A stretch of 64,000 nt of DNA. Source: Polyangiales bacterium (lineage in GTDB: Bacteria; Myxococcota_A; Polyangia; Polyangiales; Polyangiaceae). A program made the translations under genes and the position numbers. Each line of letters starts with the position of its first letter. Position 1 is the first letter of the stretch. Shown piece after piece: positions 57,101 through 64,000 of this stretch. Under the pieces are notes generated by a model. It saw only the letters and a program-made list of their open reading frames with translations. It was not told where the DNA came from and did no database searches. The stretch spans positions 64,001 through 128,000 of the forward strand of contig JBBRLQ010000008.1 of assembly GCA_038231275.1 (NCBI GenBank), read 5' to 3'.

Positions 57101-58498
57101 ATGGGAACGCAGAGCAGTAAGAAGAAGAGCATTCACTTCATTAGTTTGGGGTGCCCCAAGAATAGGGTCGATACCGAGGTGATGCTCGGGGTCGCCAAGA
57201 TGGGGGACTACGAGCTCGTGGACGAGGCGGACCAGGCGTCGGTCATCGTCGTGAACACGTGCGGCTTCATCGGCGAGGCGAAGAAGGAGTCGATCGACAC
57301 GATCCTCGAGATGAGCGAGTACAAGAAGCTCGGCACCTGCGAGCGGCTCGTCGTCGCCGGGTGCCTGTCGCAGCGCTACCCGCAAGATCTGGCGAAGGGG
57401 ATGCCGGAGGTCGATCACTTCCTCGGCTCGAGCGACATGCTCCGCCTGCGCGAGGTGCTCGAGGGCAAGGCCGAGCGCATGCTCGTCGGCAACCCCGCCG
57501 ACTGGATCGTCCGCGCCTCCGATCCCCGCGTCCTCTCCGGACCCCGCGCGAGCGCGTACCTCAAGATCGCCGAGGGCTGCAACCGAACGTGTGCATTCTG
57601 CACGATCCCAGAGTTCCGCGGGAAGCAGCGCTCGCGTCCGGTGGCCGACATCGTCCGCGAGGCCGAGCAGCTCGTGGACAACGGCACCGTCGAGCTCAAC
57701 CTCATCTCGCAAGACACGGTCGCCTACGGCCGCGACCTCGGCAAATCGCAGGACGAGCGCCTCGCCGACATGGTCCGTCGCGTCGCCGACGTGAACGGCG
57801 TGAAATGGGTCCGGCTCTTCTACCTCTACCCCGAGACGATCGACGAAGCGCTCATCGACCTCCTCAAGAGCCACCCGCGCGTCGTGCCGTACGTCGACAT
57901 GCCGCTGCAGCACGCGGCCGACGGAATGCTCAAGCGCATGAAGCGCGGGCACGGAAAGGATCGCCAGAAGCGAGTCGTCGCTCGGTTGCGTGAAGCCATC
58001 CCCGAGCTCTTCTTCCGCACCGCGTTCATCGTCGGTCACCCCGGCGAGACCGACGAGGAGTTCCAAGAGCTCCTCGACTTCGTCGAGTGGGCGCGATTCG
58101 ATCACGTCGGCGTCTTCAAGTACTCCGACGAGGAGAGCTGCAAGAGCTTCGGCTACGACGGCAAGGTGAAGAGCATCGTGGCGGCCAACCGCTACCGGAA
58201 GCTCATGGCGCTTCAGCGCAAGATCGCGCGCCAGAACAACAAGCGCCTCGTGGGCCGCGAGGTCGACGTCCTCGTGGAAGGACCGAGCGAGGAGCACGAG
58301 CTCGTGATGAAGGGGCGCCACGCGGGGCAGGCTCCGGAGATCGACGGAGAGGTCTACCTCGGCGGCAGCGAGGTGGCGGCGGGCGAGATGCGCCGTGTTC
58401 GAATCACGCAGGCCAGCGACTACGATCTCGTGGGCGACGTGATCGACGAAGCGCCGGCGCGCGATAAGAAGAAGCGCGTCAGCCTGCGCGTCGTCTAG
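57101..58498 (+). CDS. rimO: Ribosomal protein S12 methylthiotransferase
   Basis: SLGCPKN, NTCGFI, GCL, radical SAM CNRTCAFC, YLYP, APEIDG TRAM domain. Confidence 0.96.
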   Translation: MGTQSSKKKSIHFISLGCPKNRVDTEVMLGVAKMGDYELVDEADQASVIVVNTCGFIGEAKKESIDTILEMSEYKKLGTCERLVVAGCLSQRYPQDLAKGMPEVDHFLGSSDMLRLREVLEGKAERMLVGNPADWIVRASDPRVLSGPRASAYLKIAEGCNRTCAFCTIPEFRGKQRSRPVADIVREAEQLVDNGTVELNLISQDTVAYGRDLGKSQDERLADMVRRVADVNGVKWVRLFYLYPETIDEALIDLLKSHPRVVPYVDMPLQHAADGMLKRMKRGHGKDRQKRVVARLREAIPELFFRTAFIVGHPGETDEEFQELLDFVEWARFDHVGVFKYSDEESCKSFGYDGKVKSIVAANRYRKLMALQRKIARQNNKRLVGREVDVLVEGPSEEHELVMKGRHAGQAPEIDGEVYLGGSEVAAGEMRRVRITQASDYDLVGDVIDEAPARDKKKRVSLRVV

Positions 58499-58594
58499 GC
58501 CTCGAGCGGGACCACCCGTCTCGCCGGAGGCGCTAACCGCGCGAAACGTCGCGTCCTGCGGGGCGGATCGTCCTTTGCAACCCTTCATTGCACG

Positions 58595-59752
58595 GTGTTT
58601 GGTCGCAGTTTTCTCCTGGTTTCGGCGCTCGCGACGACGAGTGCGGTGTGCGGGTGTGGGTTGCCGCCGCGGGCGCCTGTCGACCTTCGAAGCGCCGACA
58701 TTCACGTCGTCCATCTCTCTCTGGCGACCGCACACCAGACCGTGTGCCCGGGTGAAGCGACGCCGATCGACGTGAAGATCGACGCGACGGTAAACGGCGA
58801 TCCGGTGACGTTGCGATCGCGGCGCGAGGCGCTCGAGGATTGGATCTTCGATCCGCGCCAGGTCGGCCTCGCGAGCGATCAAGGAGCGTTCGACGACGAG
58901 GCGATCTTCCATCCTGATCCGGACATGCACGCGTCGGCGCTCTCCGGCTTCCTCGTGCGCACACGTGTGCCGAACGGACCTGCGTTCGCGGTGCGGTTCG
59001 CGCCGTCGTACGACTGCGTGAAGGCGGTCGGCGCGATCCGTCACGCCGGCGGCGCGGGGCGCGGCGGAATGGACGGCGCGTACGGCTCCAAAGGGTACGA
59101 CGGATCGAAGAGCGATCCGAGCCTGCGCGGCGATACCGGAATGCCCGGCGGGGATGGCGAGCGCGGCGGCGACGGCGAAGCGGGCGCGCACCTCGTCGTC
59201 GACGCGACGTGGGTGAGGACGCCGTTCTACCCGAAGCTTCTCGCCGTGCGGTGGAGCGGAGACGCGGAAGGGTTCGCGCTCGCGCCGGCCGACGCCACGC
59301 TGCGCATCCTCGCGCGCGGCGGAGAGGGCGGCGCAGGCGGGCGCGGCGGCGACGGCGGGCGCGGCGGCGACGGCGGATTTTACGGAAGGCGACGCGGTCG
59401 GGGACAAGGTCCACAAGGCGCGGCGGGCGCGGGAGGCGGAGGAGGACAGGGCGGCGTCGGCGGCGAAGGCGGCAGCATCGAGCTGCGCCTCGACCCGCGC
59501 TTTCCCGAGCTCGCGGATCGCCTCGTCCTCGACGCGAGCGGCGGCGACGGAGGAGACGGCGGTGAGGGCGGCCTCGGCGGCGAGCGCTCGCCGACCTTTG
59601 CGTACCAGACCGCAGACGGACGTTCGAGCTTCCGCGGAGTGTCGGGGCCGCGCGGTCCGCACGGCGCGCACGGCGCCGAAGGACAGACGACGCGCGGAGT
59701 CTCGGACGTGACGGCACGCTTCGCGGGGCTCGGCCCCGTCGCGCCTCTGTGA
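58595..59752 (+). CDS. Lipoprotein with collagen-like (G-X-Y) segments
   Basis: Probable lipobox VCGC; several Gly-X-Y runs. Confidence 0.7.
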   Translation: MFGRSFLLVSALATTSAVCGCGLPPRAPVDLRSADIHVVHLSLATAHQTVCPGEATPIDVKIDATVNGDPVTLRSRREALEDWIFDPRQVGLASDQGAFDDEAIFHPDPDMHASALSGFLVRTRVPNGPAFAVRFAPSYDCVKAVGAIRHAGGAGRGGMDGAYGSKGYDGSKSDPSLRGDTGMPGGDGERGGDGEAGAHLVVDATWVRTPFYPKLLAVRWSGDAEGFALAPADATLRILARGGEGGAGGRGGDGGRGGDGGFYGRRRGRGQGPQGAAGAGGGGGQGGVGGEGGSIELRLDPRFPELADRLVLDASGGDGGDGGEGGLGGERSPTFAYQTADGRSSFRGVSGPRGPHGAHGAEGQTTRGVSDVTARFAGLGPVAPL

Positions 59753-59784
59753 CGAACGCGCGCCTGCGCGTGTCGCGGCAATGG

Positions 59785-60150
59785 CTACTTCGGAACCTGC
59801 GCTGTCACCGGGGCGGACCGTGATGTCCCGAACTCTTGCGTGATGTCGAGGTAGTCGCCTGGGCTCGCGACGACGTCCGCGTCCCAGTTGCCGACCTCGT
59901 CGGCTTGCGCGCCCGAGACGCGCTGGTCGCGCGGCACCGCGGGGTTACGGTTGAAGATGATGACGAGCGCGTTCGGCTCGGCGCCGCGGTCGCTCGTAAG
60001 GTGCACCTTTCCCGGCACCGTCGACGTCCCCACCGTCGGCAGGAGCGGCGGAGGCACCGGAAGCGTCGGGCTGGCGCAGCTCGCGCAGGAGAGCACCGCC
60101 ACGACCAGCGCGACGACCGCGATCCGCCAGGGCGCACGTCCAGGAGACAC
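59785..60150 (-). CDS. Small lipoprotein, unknown function
   Basis: Signal peptide, CASPTLPVPPP, Ig-like beta pattern. Confidence 0.65.
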   Translation of the reverse strand: MSPGRAPWRIAVVALVVAVLSCASCASPTLPVPPPLLPTVGTSTVPGKVHLTSDRGAEPNALVIIFNRNPAVPRDQRVSGAQADEVGNWDADVVASPGDYLDITQEFGTSRSAPVTAQVPK

Positions 60151-60351
60151 GCGAAGGTTGTAGCATGCGCCGCGCCAGCTCGGATCCAGGGCAAATCAAG
60201 CGAAACGCCCGGCACACCTGCCAACTTGGTTGGCGGGGCGACACCTGGGGTGGCGTACGAACCGACCAGCACCTCGTGGGAGGTGGATTCAGACGGGGCG
60301 ACCTGGTACGGCTGATCTTGCGCCGCCGATCGCCAACGCGGCCCGAACTCG

Positions 60352-63165
60352 ATGCGTCTCCAGGAGCGTTTCCTCTTCGTGCACCGCGTGAAGCCCGTCT
60401 GGCGCCCGGTGCCGTTCGCGCTGATCGCGGCGGTGCTCTTCACGCTTCGGCGCGGCACCGACGTCGACGCCAATGCGTCGAGCCGCTCCGCCGCGCTCGC
60501 CCAAGTGCTGCGCGCGCGTGGCCTCACGTGCGACGCAGAGGACGTCACGTGGGTGAGGGGTCCGCACGGCGTACGGGGCGCGCTCCTCGGCGGCGCGCGC
60601 GCGCTCGTCCGCGCGAGCAAGGGGACCGATCCGGCCGATCTCTACTTCGTCGACGCGCGCTTGTCACCGGAGGGCACGCTCCTCGAGGTCGGCGGCGAGC
60701 ACGATCTCACACACACCATCGGCGTCGACGAGGCGCGTCCGCTGGTGCGCGGACACCTCGCGGCGTACCCGACGACGATCGACGCGACGGTCACCGGCGT
60801 GCACACGCTGGATCTCACGGGGAGGTCACCCGACACGTACACCGACTTCACGCGCATGCAGCGCTGGCAGACCGGCGTGACCAACCAGCAGAAAACCGGC
60901 CAGCGCGCGGGCGTGGTCCACGGCGCCTATGCGCTCGACCCGATCGCGAGCGACGTGCAGATCGCGTGGGTGAGCGACGACATCCTCTCCATTCGTGCCG
61001 ACGGCCGCGCGATCACGATCGACGCAGCGCGCGGCGTGCCCCTGGATGGCAGTGGCTGGGTGCGCGTCGCGCTCGAAGAGAAGGCGCGGCCGCCGACGTT
61101 CGCGCCGTGGATGAGCGAGCGCCTCCGCGAGACGCCGTGGATCGGCGACGAGAAGACGATGTACCTGAAGGCGATCGCCTTCACGCTGAAGCAGTGGATC
61201 CCGGGCCTCAGCGGCGACACGACCAACGTCGCCGAAGATCTCGGCGCGGTGAACAGCGGCCAGCAGCAACCCGCGAGCTTCGTCGATCCGGAGATCGGAT
61301 GGCCGCCGCCATCCATCAAGCCGCTCCTCACGCCGCCGCTGCCCAACGAAGGTCAGTGGATCACGCTCGACAAGGATCCCTTCATCACGCACGTCGAAGG
61401 CGCGCCGCCGGCGTTCGTCACTTCGTTCATCCGGCCGGACAAGCAGCGGCCGGCGTCGCGCATCTACCTGACGATGTGGGATCCGCGTCAGATCGCGCTT
61501 CACATGGAAGCGGGAACCGTCGAGCCGGTGAGCGCGACGGGCGAGGCCGGTCCCGGCGTCATCCCGCGCACGCCGGAAATTTTGCGACGCGTGGTCGCTG
61601 GCTTCAACGGCGGCTTCCAGGCGATCCACGGCGAGTTCGGGATGCAGGTGAACGGCATCAACTACCTGCCGCCGAAGCCCTACGCCGCCACCATCATGGA
61701 GATGCGCGACGGATCGACGGCGATGGGCACGTGGCCCGCCGTCGCCGAGGTGCCGGACGAGGTGCTCTCGTACCGCCAGAACCTTACGGCGCTCGTCGAG
61801 GGCGACAAGTTCAACCCGTACCAGCGGTTGTGGTGGGGCGGCACGCCGAAGGGCTGGGCCGACAACATCCACACCACGCGCAGCGGCGTCTGCCTCACCA
61901 AAGAGAACTACGTCGGCTACTTCTGGGGCGTCGACATTTCCGCCGAGATCCTCGCTGGCGCAATGCTTCTCGCGCGCTGCGCGTACGGGATGCACCTCGA
62001 CATGAACCCCGGCCTCGCCGGCTTCGAGTTCTACAACGTGCAACCTGCAAACATCTGGCAGCCGCTGGGGCGCCCGGTGCAGACGGACTGGGAGTACGAA
62101 GGGACGTTCCGCGAGCTGCCCGAGTTCAAGTTCCGCGCGCGGCGAATGATCAAGGGAATGCAGCACCAAAACTTCCCCCAGTACATCCACCGCGACGGGC
62201 GCGATTTTTTCTACCTCACGCAGCGGCCGGTGCTCCCGGGCGCCGAGCTGCCCGCGCCGATCACGCCGAAGCTGCCGGGCGAAGCGGCGTGGCGCGTGAA
62301 GGGGCTGCCGCAGCACGGCTTCCCGTACGCGATGGCGATCGCGCAGACGCGGCCCGACGCCGCTCGGCCCGACGTGAAGGTGCGCGCGGTGCGCGTCGAT
62401 CCGCGGACGGTGCGGCCCGCCGGGAGCGCGGGCACGACCGCCGACACGCCGACCGTCGTCTCGTTCGTGGGTGGCGGCAAGCCGCCGCGACCCGGAGAGA
62501 TGGCGTTGTGGCTCACGAGCGGAGTCTTCTTGCTAGGGGCGACCTCTCCCGACGCCGGCGCGACTCCCCTCGCCTCGGGCACGCCGCTCGGGGGCGCAGC
62601 CGCGAAGACCGCGCGCGTGGGCGTCGGTGTGCACGACGAGGACGGAATGCTCGAGTGGATCGAGCTCGCGCCGGAGACCAAGGCCGACGAGTCGACGGCC
62701 AAGCTGCTCGACAAGCTGCTCGAAAAGGCAGGCTGCTCGAGCCGCATGCTCGTGGCCGCGAGCGAAGGACGCGACGCGCGCGCGATGCTCGGCGGGACGC
62801 TCGACGCCGCCGGCGATCCCGCGCCGCCCGCCGGGACGACGTCGACCGCGCGCCTCGTCCGCGGCGCTCCGCCGGGCGCGCAGCCCTACTTCGAGAAGAC
62901 GCAGGTGGTCTCGCCCGCGGTGTGGCAGCCGCTCCAGAACCAGCGCGTCCGCTACTTCCGCAAGCCCCCCAAGGAGGCGCCGAAGGACGCCGGTGCCCCC
63001 AAACCCGAGGACACACCGGGCGGTACGGGCACGCCGGGCGGAGCGGGGACACCCGGGACCGCGACAGGAAGCCCACCGGGGCCGAACGGAGACTCACGGG
63101 GGACGCCGGGCGGTCCACCCCCGACCCCTGCCCCCCCGACCGGTGGTCAGAGCCCGAAACCATAG
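60352..63165 (+). CDS. Large exported hypothetical protein with phosphodiester glycosidase (NAGPA)-like region
   Basis: N-terminal TM; VAGFNGGF, TTRSGV, MHLDMN motifs; Gly/Pro-rich tail; start uncertain. Confidence 0.6.
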   Translation: MRLQERFLFVHRVKPVWRPVPFALIAAVLFTLRRGTDVDANASSRSAALAQVLRARGLTCDAEDVTWVRGPHGVRGALLGGARALVRASKGTDPADLYFVDARLSPEGTLLEVGGEHDLTHTIGVDEARPLVRGHLAAYPTTIDATVTGVHTLDLTGRSPDTYTDFTRMQRWQTGVTNQQKTGQRAGVVHGAYALDPIASDVQIAWVSDDILSIRADGRAITIDAARGVPLDGSGWVRVALEEKARPPTFAPWMSERLRETPWIGDEKTMYLKAIAFTLKQWIPGLSGDTTNVAEDLGAVNSGQQQPASFVDPEIGWPPPSIKPLLTPPLPNEGQWITLDKDPFITHVEGAPPAFVTSFIRPDKQRPASRIYLTMWDPRQIALHMEAGTVEPVSATGEAGPGVIPRTPEILRRVVAGFNGGFQAIHGEFGMQVNGINYLPPKPYAATIMEMRDGSTAMGTWPAVAEVPDEVLSYRQNLTALVEGDKFNPYQRLWWGGTPKGWADNIHTTRSGVCLTKENYVGYFWGVDISAEILAGAMLLARCAYGMHLDMNPGLAGFEFYNVQPANIWQPLGRPVQTDWEYEGTFRELPEFKFRARRMIKGMQHQNFPQYIHRDGRDFFYLTQRPVLPGAELPAPITPKLPGEAAWRVKGLPQHGFPYAMAIAQTRPDAARPDVKVRAVRVDPRTVRPAGSAGTTADTPTVVSFVGGGKPPRPGEMALWLTSGVFLLGATSPDAGATPLASGTPLGGAAAKTARVGVGVHDEDGMLEWIELAPETKADESTAKLLDKLLEKAGCSSRMLVAASEGRDARAMLGGTLDAAGDPAPPAGTTSTARLVRGAPPGAQPYFEKTQVVSPAVWQPLQNQRVRYFRKPPKEAPKDAGAPKPEDTPGGTGTPGGAGTPGTATGSPPGPNGDSRGTPGGPPPTPAPPTGGQSPKP

Positions 63166-63243
63166 GCAATTTTTGCCTGCGTGGGCGTCCGCCCCACCCC
63201 ATTGCTAGACTGTCCTGCGGGCCGGAAGCGCCCCTCCGACCTG

Positions 63244-63272
63244 TTGACCCTTTAGGCATGAAGCAGTAAAAC
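63244..63272 (+). promoter_or_regulatory. Sigma70-type promoter upstream of the kinase
   Basis: TTGACC-N17-TAAAAC. Confidence 0.5.
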
Positions 63273-63368
63273 CCGCGCGCGTTCACCTGCGCGCGAAGGT
63301 TCAACTTTTTCGGCCCGAGCAAACGCAAGCAACACCCAAGTACGTCTGATGTGGAGCCTCTGATTTCC

Positions 63369-64000
63369 GTGACCCGCACGCAGGCCTTCGGCCGCTACGA
63401 GCTTCTCGACCGCATCAGCGCCGGCGGCATGGCCGAGGTCTTTCGCGCGCGTGATGTGCAGCGCGGCAGCGTGGTCGCGCTCAAACGAATTCTCCCGCAG
63501 GTCGCCGAGGACGAGGAGTTCATCGCGATGTTGAAGGACGAGGCCCGCATCTGCTCGAAGCTGGAGCATCCGCACATCGCGCGGACGCTCGACTTCGGCG
63601 ATGTCGACGGCGAATACTTCATCGCGTTCGAGTACGTGGACGGCCGCGACCTCCGCCAGATCTACGATCGCGCGGTCCGCGACAAGGCGGAGATTCCGCT
63701 CTCGTTCCTGCTCTACGTCTTCGCGCGCATCGGCGAGGGGCTTTCGTACGCGCATCACCGCAAGGAGGACGGCGAGACGATCTCGCTCGTTCACCGCGAC
63801 GTGAGCCCGCAGAACATCATCGTCAGCTTCAGCGGCGACGTGAAGCTCATCGACTTTGGCATCGCGAAGGCGCGCGGCAAGATGACGCGCACGCAGGCCG
63901 GTACGATCAAGGGCAAGTTCGGCTACATGAGCCCGGAGCAGGTGAAGGGCGTCGACATCGATCACCGCGCCGACATCTTCGCGCTCGGCGTCTGCATGTG
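63369..64000 (+). CDS. Ser/Thr protein kinase (3' truncated by window edge)
   Basis: Read by hand from GTG 63369: FGRYELL, GGMAEVF, ALK, HRDVSPQN, DFG, GKFGYMSPEQ. Confidence 0.92.
   Translation, partial: MTRTQAFGRYELLDRISAGGMAEVFRARDVQRGSVVALKRILPQVAEDEEFIAMLKDEARICSKLEHPHIARTLDFGDVDGEYFIAFEYVDGRDLRQIYDRAVRDKAEIPLSFLLYVFARIGEGLSYAHHRKEDGETISLVHRDVSPQNIIVSFSGDVKLIDFGIAKARGKMTRTQAGTIKGKFGYMSPEQVKGVDIDHRADIFALGVCM

Noticed and set aside
60162-60177. Sigma54-like motif TGGCGCG-GCGC-ATGCT on the minus strand
   Set aside because: Correct spacing but lacks TTGC and is GC-rich, so chance occurrence is likely

Overview
Very GC-rich (about 70% by eye) bacterial chromosome segment. Gene content points to a myxobacterium, probably Polyangiales/Labilithrix-like (inference): four Hanks-type Ser/Thr kinases, an FHA-sigma54 activator, a MYXO-CTERM protein, many Cys-rich lipoproteins and a CglF-like protein. 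About 56 CDS and one tRNA-Leu(CAG) are supported; no transposase, integrase, phage gene or CRISPR array was seen. Housekeeping genes include a PiT transporter, truB, glnD, pyrC, carA and rimO. Main points of interest: (1) a 39.3-46.4 kb cluster with a glutathionylspermidine-synthetase-like ATP-grasp ligase, a lipoprotein with a GGFGG/poly-Gly tail, two 2OG-Fe(II) oxygenase-like proteins and a diiron ferritin-like enzyme, with two sigma54-type promoter motifs and an adjacent sigma54 activator; (2) a translationally coupled kinase/cytochrome c/cytochrome c/beta-barrel operon whose barrel carries its own CxxCH; (3) a recurring TANNNT box 6-8 nt before at least 12 start codons, suggesting leaderless mRNAs; (4) a 54-aa stand-alone zinc anti-sigma-like ORF missing from the ORF track; (5) a REP-like repeat family between convergent genes. 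All family calls come from motif recognition, not database searches.
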